Below, piece by piece: positions 25,222 to 36,047 of a DNA stretch of 64,000 nucleotides. Positions within the stretch are counted from its first letter, which is position 1. Every line of letters starts with the position of its first letter. Under the pieces are notes generated by a model. That model saw only the letters and a program-made list of their open reading frames with translations, made no database searches and had not been told where the DNA came from. This DNA is from Nemertoderma westbladi (taxonomy: Eukaryota > Animalia > Xenacoelomorpha): the NCBI GenBank assembly GCA_032718475.1, contig JAUCBJ010008623.1:1-64000 (forward strand), in the 5' to 3' direction. The position numbers were made by a program, and so were the translations under genes.

Positions 25222-26619
25222 GCTGCTAACCACCGCAGCAACAAAGTTCTAGAATCAAATTTGCATACCAGATCAGCTAACGTACGGTAGCAATTAATCC
25301 CTATTTCTTATCTTACAACCAGAATCTGTTATTTGTGCCAATCACGGGTGTAGTTACTAACACCGTAATTGCCCGGTTGAGTTGTGGATAGGAAGGAGAG
25401 AGCTTTGACGTCATTTGTAAGTATAAAGTTCTACAAAACGCGACTAGCTTATTTTCGTAGCTAGTGCACGGTATCGTTCTGGTCAGAAATTACTAAAACC
25501 TAGTAAAATGATATACACCAAAATTGTTTTATTGTAACACACCCACACACACACACGCCCTAAAACATATTTACCCTTAGAATTCTACTAGTTATAGCGC
25601 ACTTTAGATTACTTTTAGGCATAATTTATCTGTAATTTACTATTCGTATTTGTAAATTTAGGATCTGATATTTAGTTACGGCAAGAAGGAGTATTTATTT
25701 ATTAGACTGTTGTTTGTCTGAGCAACGGTATTGTTACTTTAGGCACGACCCCCTTTAGACTGATTTAGTACAGGGATCAGTATTGTTACGCTAGGTCTGT
25801 CAATCCACTAGCTCGTATATAAACCATATAAATCACACCGTGGCAAGTTACGGTATTTAGGTCTGTCAGCGATAGTTAGGATTCGCTGAGCGGGGATTGT
25901 TTTCCCGTGAGTTTGGTCTGTTACTGTAACTGTACATCTGCCTCACCGGTTAGAGGACAGGTTTCCTTTTGTCTAGTTCGTAGGCATTAGACCCGCTCAC
26001 GTACGTAGAATAGGCACTAGGCTCTGCTCCTCGCCAGTAGTCGTTTGTGTATTTGTATCTGTTTGATTAGATACCCTGGAATGGGATTTGTTGTCAGATA
26101 CTGTACGAGCCCGTATACATTACTGGATCTTACGGAAAGATACATCGTTACTAGGATCTGGTAAGCGGTATACTACTGGACTTTACAAAATAAGTAACAT
26201 TCTGACATCCTGATGTTACATAGTCTGATTAACATCGAACCCATTCGGAAGTCGGACGGAGAACAGTAGGATTCATCCGGGAGGTCGACAGACCTCCCAG
26301 ATGTTTTGTATACAGTTTTGTATCGCTTTCCAAACATCCTTCACCTTATCAGCTACTGTACATTGGCCTGATTTAAAGGATTTTCAATTATTTATATCCT
26401 GTCTTTCCGTGACTATCTCGATAAGATGGTCACTTCCGATTTTTGAAAAATATGCCATAAAACCATGCCACTGGTAGCATTTTGGAAATCCCTGAGGGAC
26501 ATCTCTACGCACGAGGATGTCCCCTCGATGTCCAAATGTCAGTCCCCAGGATATACCCAATCTGGCATTTGGGGAAATCCCAGGGATATCCCCATTTAGG
26601 ACATTTGTTATGGTAGCAG

Positions 26620-27140
26620 AGTTGTGCTCCTGTGCGACTATCGTACTCGGGACAGGACAGATTCAGAATGCATAGTATGTATGTGTAGTATGCATCACCA
26701 GGCTGTGTTCCATCAGAGATCAGAGCGATGGCAATCGCAAAAATCGGCAGAGCATACAGCCCCACCGGATTTCTTCCTCAACTTCGACTATCAACAGTTC
26801 GCTATCCATCATATCTTGATAACTCCGGTTGCTCATAGCAACATTTCCTTGCTCATCCTCCTCACTTCGTTCACTCCCGGGGTTATATCTACCTTCATGA
26901 CATATCGTTTCGACCTTACGGATGAATCCTACTGTTGTCCGTCCTACTTCCGAATGGGTTCGATGTTAATTCATTTTGCTGATTACAGTGTGAGCGCCCA
27001 GTCCCGTACCCAGTTATACGGCCTCGTTGTTAGCGCATTTGATAAAATATGTTCTTTCACTCTCAATTTTCATATATTGTGACTTCTTTTTGTTACTTAA
27101 TAAACCATGCAAAAATGAATGCAAAATGTCTGGTCTGATA
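26620..27140 (-). mobile_element. Possible highly degenerate LINE RT fragment
   Basis: Weak RT-like peptide traces across broken frames. Confidence 0.25.
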
Positions 27141-28179
27141 CAATGAACGGAGTTGCGCTAGTGTACCTGTCACCAAGGGCCACTCACTGTATCTGTTTAT
27201 TTACCCTTTCTCCCTTCGATGTATTGATTTGCTCTATATTTCACTTAGTTCAATACGGTTTGATTATCTATTGTATTTAACTGAGATATGATACCGGGAG
27301 GGTGTGGCAACACAGTATAACAAGCAAATGTCTGACTAATTAATTCAGTAAGGACTCAAGTCTAGTGATTGTGTTTCATTTTAGAGGAAACGTATTGTGA
27401 CAAGTCTTTGGTCTAATTATATTGATATCACTACAGTATTAAATTTGTGACAACTCTCAATCGTGATGTAATTAATAATAAGAGCTTTGCTTATATTAAT
27501 GGTCTGAAACATCGCCATATATTAATTATTTAGTAAGTCAGAGATATGACAACACACAAATCTGATACAATTGTCCAGATTATCACTGATACTTAATTAC
27601 AGCAACCCACCTGTTGCAGCGCGTGTAAAACTTCCTTGAGTCTGTAATATCGGCGATATATTTTGCCATTAAGAATGACTAATTGAATTTACCAGTAGAA
27701 TATACAATGTAGCGATGAATAAATATAATTCAATTATTAACTTTTTGTAATAACCACCAGTCAATTAAACCAGACCGGGGATCAGTGCCTCTGCATGGGC
27801 AATACGACTTCTTCTGTCCAACAATTACAAAAAGAGTGAGTCAACCACAGAACCAATCGTACTTATATATCAGTAATCTAAGTAATCTAAAAGGCTAAGT
27901 TCACACGTGCAGCAACACCCGTAGATATTCGCTGATCCTCTACTCTCCTCCATTGTTGGGAGTCCTGGTTCACTTATCTCACTGTACTGTACGCACCCCC
28001 TGTTGACATCTGCGGGGTATTTATTGCCCCCCCCCCCCCCCCCCCCCCCCCCCTCTCATCATTAATTAGTTGCGGTGGGATGGCCGTAACCCACCAAGTT
28101 TCAGTTTCAGTTTATTTATTTATTTCACTAATATATATATAAAGTACATACAATATACATAACAAAAAAAAAATTTCAA

Positions 28180-28924
28180 ATCACCCTGCTCTCTAATACG
28201 CTAGCAGATGCACAGCTTCTACTAAATAAAGTGGAGAGGGCTGCTAAGGAGGTTGGATTGCATATAAATGCTACCAAGACCGAATTCATGACCTTTAATG
28301 TTGATGGAAACTTGACAACCATTGATAATAATCAACTAAGGAAGGTCGATGACTTCCAGTACCTTGGATCATGGATAGAGAGTAGCAAAAAGGACATAGA
28401 AGTTAGGAAAGCAAAGGCTTGGGTAGCTCTATCAAAAATGGATACCATCTGGAAATCAGATCTCTCCAGGCACCTGAAGACTAAGTTCTTTCGAGCCACA
28501 GTGGAAAGTGTATTTTTATACGGGGGTGAGACCTGGACACTGACTAAATCACTTGAACAACGAATTGATGGTTGCTACACAAGACTACTAAGGGCAGCCC
28601 TAAACATCAGCTGGAGACAACACATGACAAACGCCGAGCTTTATGGTACAATACCACCTGTATCAACCACCCTCCGTGAACGCAGATTAAGATTCAGTGG
28701 GCACTGCTGGCGAAGTAAAGACGAGGTCATACCCGATCTACTTCTTTGGCAACCAACTCATGGAAAGCGTAGTCGTGGACGACCGGCCATAACATATATA
28801 GATCAACTTGAAAGGGATACTGAACTTGGGAGAAACGAAATTGCGACAACTATGGAGAATCGGGAAGCCTGGAAGGATCTCATTTCCACTGTCCGAGTTC
28901 GCTCGACCTAGTAGTAGTAGTAGT
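28180..28924 (+). mobile_element. 5'-truncated RTE LINE (open RT C-terminus 28231-28911)
   Basis: GLHINATKT, FQYLGS, LYGGETWTL, RLRFSGHCWR, GRP..TY..QL; (TAG)n tail directly after the stop. Confidence 0.9.
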
Positions 28925-30475
28925 TATTAAAATATTGTTTCCTGAAAAAAGGTTACCTTTGTTAGTATTCGGATTATCACATATGGTATTAGTAATATTA
29001 ATAGTATCAATAAACGTAATGTCGTTACCACCCCCCCCCCCCCCCCCCCCCCCTCCCATCCAGTCACTCTAGTCCTGTGTCTGGTCCCAGTAAGTAAGTG
29101 GGGTATTAACAAAAGTTTACATCTGGGCATCTGGGTGGCGCTATAGCCCCATGTAAGAAAAGTGATCATGGTGACACTCGCCACTTGTCGCGTGTCAAAT
29201 CTCCTTCTTCCTCCTCCTTCTTCCTTCTTCCTTCTATCGCATTCCTCCTCTCCAACCGATCCGTTGCCTGCTGGCGGATCCGTTGCCAGTGTAGCGGGCC
29301 GGTACTGCTGCATCACTGCCTCCCTGATAGTTGTGTCTCTCTCGCTGGGAGTTCGCAGCAAACTCCCCCCCCCCCCCCCCCCCTGAACCCTGTTTCTCCA
29401 GTAAAACACCCAATATTGGGTGTTTTACACAATAATACCCAATCTATTAATAGTTTCTTTCATTGTTTCAAAGCCATTAGCGACGTATAAAAAGGTTCCC
29501 AACTGATCTACCATCTGTACCAATCTGTTCAAATCTAGTGCAAATAACAGTTAGGTGAAAATTAGGTGTAAAACAGCTTAACTCAAACAACTATCGAATT
29601 TCACCTAAATATTCGAACTTCGACGATTGGTGCTCAATGTATATTAGGCTATTTTATCCATAATATTATTTGACATGTACTAAATCTGAAAATCAAGCAT
29701 CTCTCTCTCACTGACTTAGCATGTTAGAGTTTGTAAACTACGCCATTGAATGTAATCGTCACCAAACCATTAAAATTTACGATTTTGCAACCACCGTGCA
29801 TCTTTTTGTTGTGAAGTCAACTGTCTCAACACAGTATCTTCTATCCCAGATATCTCTATCTAAGCAAGATATGGGAAAACGGTTTCCATATTTGGATTCA
29901 GCATGAAATTCTGCATCAGATAGGATATGTTTCAAAAATTCGACATTTTGGTCATAAAATGCGCTACCCCCCCCCCCCCCCCCCCCCTCCCCCTTAAGTA
30001 GAATATCTATAAAAACTTATAAATAAAGGCTAATAAAATAATAAAACAACAGTGATATAAAGTATACGAATGTATATAAAAACATACAAAAAGAAACATC
30101 AGAAATAAAAGCAGTAATAAAATCTTTAAAATTAATGAAATAAAACTAACAGAATGATTAAGTAATACTAAACTACGCCATAGGGTAAATATCCAGAGGG
30201 GCCAGCTATGCAAAAAGCAAATAGCAGCTGTATGACTGGAGTTGAAATTATCATTAAGGCGGGCATGTGGGGCGAGCCACATAATTAGCAAATCAATAAG
30301 CTATAAAATAAAACAAACTGACTAATACCGGTATACGGGTATAGGTACCGGTATAGGCACCAGCAGTGATAACTGCTAAATACTGAAATACTACCATAAC
30401 TGGGCCTGATCTTTTTTTTGCTGTACCAATACCCATAATCCGTTTCGAGCTCGTTTGGGCTTTTTATTGCCTGCA

Positions 30476-31903
30476 ATGGCACGGCGCTGTATCGACTGCA
30501 ATGTTGCAGAGACTCCCTCTGGGCCACAAGGTCGTGTTATCCTGTCTATGTTTCTCAACCGACTTCTCTGTGAAAGTTGTAGAATTAAACGTGGTTCTTC
30601 TTTGACACCCCAGGGTCATCTGGAAGGTATAGACACTAATCACTCTGATGACGACGACTTCAACTCTCTACTAACTGATGGCATTAACGATAACGATGTT
30701 ACCCCCCTTGGTGACGCTTCTTTGCGAGTTGGTTCCGGTCGCTCGCAACTGATCCGCAACGAGCTACTTTGTTTCATTCAGTATGAAATGTCAAGGTTGA
30801 ATAAATCTTCTTTGATTTCCGTTATTTGCCACTTTTACTCTGGAGAGGAAATTCTGGCGGCGAAGCAACTACTCTACTCGGAGGCTGTGAGTTGCGCAGT
30901 TCCTGACCGTCCTCTACCTGCCTGGATCGGACGCATCGGTAAAAAGAAATCCCAGGCTCATGCTTGTGATATCTACGCCGTTTTCCAAGAGAGTGCCTTC
31001 GTCGACTCTGACTCTCGACCAACCTTCTTTGCGCTTGATCCCTCAAGACTTCCGTCTTCAGATAAACGTTCCATTCACGACATGGTCCAGGCGGAGGAAC
31101 TCAGGAACCTCAACAGCCTTGTAAACGACCTACATCAAACGGTGTCTGGTCATGTTGAAGCTCTTAAGAACACTGTGACCCGTGCTGAATTAGTCGAAGT
31201 GAAAACAGCGATGAAGTGTGCCTCGGCTACCGTTAATGCTTTGTCTGTTGCCGGTGCAACTGGCGACACTTCTCGATTCTGCAATGTTGCAGGAAGTATT
31301 ATTTCCATGAATACTTCTACTTATGGAGCGACTGCGAACAGATCTCCTGCATCTCCTCCTTTTCCTACTGAATCTTCGAGCATTGTAACGGCTCCGCCAG
31401 TACCATTGTATTCTAATGTCGTTTTACAACAACCCCCGTCTATGTCTACCGTTCCTCCACCAAGCGGTTCTGTTACCGGGCGTGGTGGTCCACCTGACAT
31501 TCAGGTACCCGACGGGTTTACTCTCGTTCGTAACCGGAAAGAGAGAAATCGGCCACCAGCCAGAGTTGGTACTGGCAACTTTACCGCCCTCCAGGTGGCC
31601 AAGAAGCCATCTTCCTCTAACAATCGGGTTTTCATATCAAGACTGGACTCCACAGTAACCTCAGAAGAGATTGTCGCTTTCATTAAAGATAACCATGATA
31701 TAGTCGCTCTCGTTACGGAGAACCCTGACAAGAATGACAATTCTTACAACTCTTTCATTGTAAGTTGCGCTAACCAGGCGGATTCTAATAAACTTCTCGA
31801 ATGCGAGTCATGGCCGGAAGGGGTGTTAGTAAAGAAGTACTTTGTTTCGCGCCCTCGTCGTGACTCAGCAAATCGCAATGGATCCAATACAGGCCCCACT
31901 TAG
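30476..31903 (+). CDS. LINE ORF1 protein (N-terminal CxxC pair, coiled coil, C-terminal RRM-like domain)
   Basis: CIDC...LCESC; NELLCFI...FYSGEEI.AAK.LL; RVFISRL...WPEGVLVKKY. First ATG at 30476. Confidence 0.8.
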   Translation: MARRCIDCNVAETPSGPQGRVILSMFLNRLLCESCRIKRGSSLTPQGHLEGIDTNHSDDDDFNSLLTDGINDNDVTPLGDASLRVGSGRSQLIRNELLCFIQYEMSRLNKSSLISVICHFYSGEEILAAKQLLYSEAVSCAVPDRPLPAWIGRIGKKKSQAHACDIYAVFQESAFVDSDSRPTFFALDPSRLPSSDKRSIHDMVQAEELRNLNSLVNDLHQTVSGHVEALKNTVTRAELVEVKTAMKCASATVNALSVAGATGDTSRFCNVAGSIISMNTSTYGATANRSPASPPFPTESSSIVTAPPVPLYSNVVLQQPPSMSTVPPPSGSVTGRGGPPDIQVPDGFTLVRNRKERNRPPARVGTGNFTALQVAKKPSSSNNRVFISRLDSTVTSEEIVAFIKDNHDIVALVTENPDKNDNSYNSFIVSCANQADSNKLLECESWPEGVLVKKYFVSRPRRDSANRNGSNTGPT

Positions 31904-34706
31904 AGTTTGTACATATAACTGTTCGGGTTTGAATAACAACGGTGTGGTTATTCTCGACCTTTGTAACTCACATGACCTTGTATTTCTCCAAGAGACGTGG
32001 CTCTATAAGCAAGACTTAAGTAAACTCAATTCTATACATCCGGAATTTCTTGGGTATGGGGTTTCCTCGGTAGACTTATCAGATGGTCCCCGGTCTGGTC
32101 GTCCCTTTGGGGGTCTAGCTATCTTATGGAGAAAGTCCATATCTCACTTAGTAACTTGTATACAATATGACGATGAGCGTCTCCTGGGTTGCACAGTAGC
32201 TACCTCGGATGGTAATTTGGTGCTTTTTATTAACATATATGCTCCATGTGACTCACCTATTAATCGTGATTTATTTAGTTCTTTACTGGGTAAGTGCCAT
32301 GGTATCGTTACCGAATACCCTGGTAGCCGTAGTTGTATTATTGGCGATTTCAACGCCAACCCTGCTAATACTTTTGGTAAAGATCTGGAGTGTTTTTGTA
32401 ATTTTTCAGGTCTTACATTTTCAGACAAAATTGTATTACCCACTGATTCCTTCTCATTTATTAGTTCAGCCCACGGTTCTGTCTCGTGGCTTGATCACAT
32501 TATTTCTAGTAACGATTTTCATACCTCTATATCTAAAATTTCGCTTTTATATAATTTGGTAGGTAGTGATCATATACCGGTTTCTATGGATACCAACATA
32601 AACATGGGCTCAGTGGAGCACTGCTGTGCTGATCGTGAGCCCAAGTTTACTGCGGTACCAAATTGGAGCAAGGCATTGCCCAATAACATTTTTAATTATA
32701 CAAATCAAGTTAATGACTATCTTTCCAACTTGATTCTGCCTCTCGATAGTATAATCTGCTGTGATGTTCATTGTAGTAATGTTGTCCATTTACGGGCGCT
32801 TGATAATTGTTACACTGAAATCTGTAATATTTTCAGCACCACCACTGATATCCATATACCAGTAACTTCTTCCGGTAATTGTAGTAATAACAAGCGGGTC
32901 CATATTCCTGGCTGGAACGACTTCGTTAAGGAGAAGCGCGAAGCCTCTATTGAAGCTTCTCAACACTGGAGGGATAACGGTAAACCTCGCTCTGGAATTC
33001 TATGGGAATTAAAACGTAAAAGTTGCGCGCAGTATAAACTGGCGCTGAAAAATTGTAGAAAAAATGAAGCAACAATAAGAAATGACAAGTTAGCTCAGTC
33101 GTTCCTGTCTTCCAGCAAGGATTTTTGGCACTGCGCCCAAAAACACTGTAACACAAAAGTTCCACGTGCTAATATCATAGGTAATGCCCACAATGATGAG
33201 GACATTGCCAATTTGTTTAGTAATGGCTACGAATCTACGTATAATAGTGTAGAGCCTGATTTGGCTGACGTTACATTCTTAAAGAGTAAGTTTGAAACTT
33301 GGGATGGATCTGATAGATTCCATATTTTCCCAAGGAATGTGGAAGAGGCTTTAGCTAGTCTTAAACATGGTAAGGCTTCTGGGCCAGACCAGTTGGCGCC
33401 TGAGTGCTGGTATTATGCAGGGTGTCGATTGGCGGTTGTTCTTAGTTTACTATTCAATTCATTTATTTCACATGGGTTTTTGCCAGTCTCGTTAATTACC
33501 AGTCACTTAATGCCTATCGTTAAAAATAAGAACAATAAACTTACTGATCAGTTAAATTATAGACCTATAGCCACATCTAATGCTTGTTCCAAGTTGTTAG
33601 AGTTTTGCTTCCTTATGCTAATTACGAATTGTGTGAATATCACGCCGAACCAGTTTGGATTTCAACCCGGTCTTGGTACTGAAACCTGTATTTTTGCATT
33701 TAAAGAGACAGTCCATTATTTTGTATCTAGAGACACCCCTGCTTTTACAGCTTTTTTGGATGCTTCTAAGGCATTCGACCGTGTTAATTATGTAAAACTT
33801 TTTAAAAAGTTAATTTATCTTAAAGTTCCCCTTGGTGTAATACGTTTACTATATTTTTGGTATACCAATCAATTGCTAGCGGTACGTTGGGGCAGCGCAA
33901 CAAGCGTACCCTTCACTGTATGTAATGGTGTACGACAGGGTAGTTTGCTTTCTCCTCTTCTATTTAACATATACTTGAATGACTTAAGTATTTTATTGAA
34001 CAATTGTCCTGCAGGTTGTAAGGTTGGTAATATTGTAATCAACCATCTATTGTATGCCGATGATCTAAGTTTAATGGCTCCCAGTATTTTTGGTTTACGG
34101 TCTTTACTTAAAATTTGTGAAGATTATGGTGCTAAATTTGATGTTATGTTTAGTTTCGTTAAATCAAAGTGTATGTATTTTATCCCTTCACAATTTGGAC
34201 GAGCTGGTGACGTATACCTTTGTGGTATGATCCTCCCTTGTGTTCTAGAATACTGTTACTTAGGGCATACCCTCTGTTGCAACCTATCTGATGAACGTGA
34301 CATTAAGCGTTTGAAATCAACCTTATATTGTCGTGGTAATCAATTAGCCAGAACGTTTAATAAATCCTCTTTACCTATAAAATCCATTATTTTCAAAACT
34401 TATTGTTATAACTTATACTGTTGTTCTCTATGGTCTGTGTTTCGTGTTGAATCCTTACGTAGATTAAAGGTAGCTTACAATTACGCTTTCCGTCAATTAT
34501 TTTCATATTGTAGTACCGAAGACGCCAACACTTTATTTTGTTTGAACCGTATCAATACTTTTAAATCAATTTGTCATACTGCTATTTTTTCACTGTTACA
34601 TCGTGTTTCAATATCTTCAAATCCTATACTTCGTACCTGTAACTCTATTGGTATGTCTACGCTTAGATCTCGCTGGAATATTGTTTTAGGGGTCGATGAA
34701 AACTAA
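31878..34706 (+). CDS. LINE ORF2: APE endonuclease plus reverse transcriptase
   Basis: TYNC.G, LQETWL, GDFNA, SDH (APE); LDASKAFD, GVRQGSLLSP.LFN, YADD, YLG (RT). Uninterrupted; ATG at 31878. Confidence 0.93.
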   Translation: MDPIQAPLRVCTYNCSGLNNNGVVILDLCNSHDLVFLQETWLYKQDLSKLNSIHPEFLGYGVSSVDLSDGPRSGRPFGGLAILWRKSISHLVTCIQYDDERLLGCTVATSDGNLVLFINIYAPCDSPINRDLFSSLLGKCHGIVTEYPGSRSCIIGDFNANPANTFGKDLECFCNFSGLTFSDKIVLPTDSFSFISSAHGSVSWLDHIISSNDFHTSISKISLLYNLVGSDHIPVSMDTNINMGSVEHCCADREPKFTAVPNWSKALPNNIFNYTNQVNDYLSNLILPLDSIICCDVHCSNVVHLRALDNCYTEICNIFSTTTDIHIPVTSSGNCSNNKRVHIPGWNDFVKEKREASIEASQHWRDNGKPRSGILWELKRKSCAQYKLALKNCRKNEATIRNDKLAQSFLSSSKDFWHCAQKHCNTKVPRANIIGNAHNDEDIANLFSNGYESTYNSVEPDLADVTFLKSKFETWDGSDRFHIFPRNVEEALASLKHGKASGPDQLAPECWYYAGCRLAVVLSLLFNSFISHGFLPVSLITSHLMPIVKNKNNKLTDQLNYRPIATSNACSKLLEFCFLMLITNCVNITPNQFGFQPGLGTETCIFAFKETVHYFVSRDTPAFTAFLDASKAFDRVNYVKLFKKLIYLKVPLGVIRLLYFWYTNQLLAVRWGSATSVPFTVCNGVRQGSLLSPLLFNIYLNDLSILLNNCPAGCKVGNIVINHLLYADDLSLMAPSIFGLRSLLKICEDYGAKFDVMFSFVKSKCMYFIPSQFGRAGDVYLCGMILPCVLEYCYLGHTLCCNLSDERDIKRLKSTLYCRGNQLARTFNKSSLPIKSIIFKTYCYNLYCCSLWSVFRVESLRRLKVAYNYAFRQLFSYCSTEDANTLFCLNRINTFKSICHTAIFSLLHRVSISSNPILRTCNSIGMSTLRSRWNIVLGVDEN

Positions 34707-35053
34707 CCTATATCCAGTTAGTAATTTGTACTCTATTCTCTTTTCAATCTATACAATTTATGAACACTTTGGTATTTCATTATTAACTTATGGCCGATAG
34801 TTTCTACATTCCTTTTCTTTTTTTGGGTGCGCCCATTAATAACGTCTCATTCTTACAGTACATTGTGCTAGCTGCTAGGTACTGTAGTTGCTTTATATTA
34901 GTTTATAGATACAGTAGTAGCCTACAGTAGAGTTGTGCGGTGCTACATAATGTTTACATTAATGTTCCTGCACGAAATTAAACATAATAATAATAATAAT
35001 AATACAAAATCCTAAGTAGAATATACAATTATACAATACAAAGTTCACATGTT

Positions 35054-35428
35054 TTAGTACAGACCAATACGGGGAACTACAGTATTAAGTGGGGGCCGAT
35101 GCAAGTTAATTATAACCGCTTCAGAATGAATCCTACGCTCGTGGTTAGTAAACCTTTTAGAACATATTGCGCGCACTGATCCCAAAAATAGCAAAGTGCA
35201 GCAGTACCAAGACTTCAGGACTCGATAAATCGACTCCTCGCCAGCTGCGTCATTTATGGCATTGCGGTGACTTCTGAGGCGTTCATGTAAACGCTGTTCT
35301 GTCTGGGCGAGATACCACAAGTGTGGATGCAGTTTACATTTGATAATGATGATGATCATCATTTGATAATGATCTTTCACAGTTTTTACTCTCCTAATTG
35401 TGTCGTTTATTGGTTTGGGATACCTCAC
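35054..35428 (-). mobile_element. Penelope-like element remnant (GIY-YIG endonuclease)
   Basis: Y(L/I)xQT.Q.L.ERL.SH...I and R...SEA..I....PPLN pattern of the Penelope GIY-YIG domain; degenerate. Confidence 0.6.
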
Positions 35429-36047
35429 TAACGCACTTCACACATCACCATTAACACATAATTATTGTATCCACATTAGGATTATTTAATATATAATTAT
35501 TGATTACTATAACTTAACTTTAACTTTATTCCCGATGAAATGTGTAAATTATTAATTATAAAGAGCACACCCAACAACACCAATAAACCAAGTAGTGAGG
35601 CAGCTAAATTATTAACTAGCCAATCCCCCCCCCCCCCCCCCCCCGCAATAGCAGAGCTAGTACAGCGGGAGGGAGGTTTGGGAATAATAAATCACGATAG
35701 AGAAAATACCTATTGACAAACCTATAGACAATCATATAGACAAATAAATGGGCAACAGGATGATGCGATAAAGGGACAATTTTTTAAAGTTACAAAATAG
35801 GTAGGCCACAAATTTAGCAATTTAGAAAAAAAAGTTGAAAATAATTAGTAATATTGTTATAAAAAAATCTATGAAGTTAATTGTAGAAGGTTTATTTTAA
35901 GTTTACTGCGGAAAAATGTTTTACTACACCAAAATTAATCTACAGTTGTTGGAATGGAATAAAAATTAATAGCTGTTGAGGGCTCCCCGATTACAAATTA
36001 TTTTTTCTGTTTACATTTTCGTAATTTTATAAAATATTCAATTTTAG

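Larger units (their letters stand above)
23005..26361 (+). other. Long non-coding structured element, copy A (LTR-like or lncRNA unit), interrupted by a MITE
   Basis: Colinear motif homology with 62691-64000; starts TGTAGG; right end uncertain (TTACA ending 26220 or GTACA ending near 26362). Confidence 0.6.
30300..35004 (+). mobile_element. Full-length two-ORF LINE (RTE-X/CR1-group-like)
   Basis: Overlapping intact ORF1 and ORF2, 3' UTR and (AAT)n tail at about 34986-35004. 5' end approximate. Confidence 0.9.

Noticed and set aside
23951-25244. GPGQF and GTELS repeat proteins
   Set aside because: Translations of the 15-bp subterminal repeats of a MITE with a TSD.
29995-30006. TAAGTAGAATAT as TSD of the 30-35 kb LINE (also about 35013)
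   Set aside because: Not adjacent to the tail, and a similar motif follows another poly-C tract near 45330.
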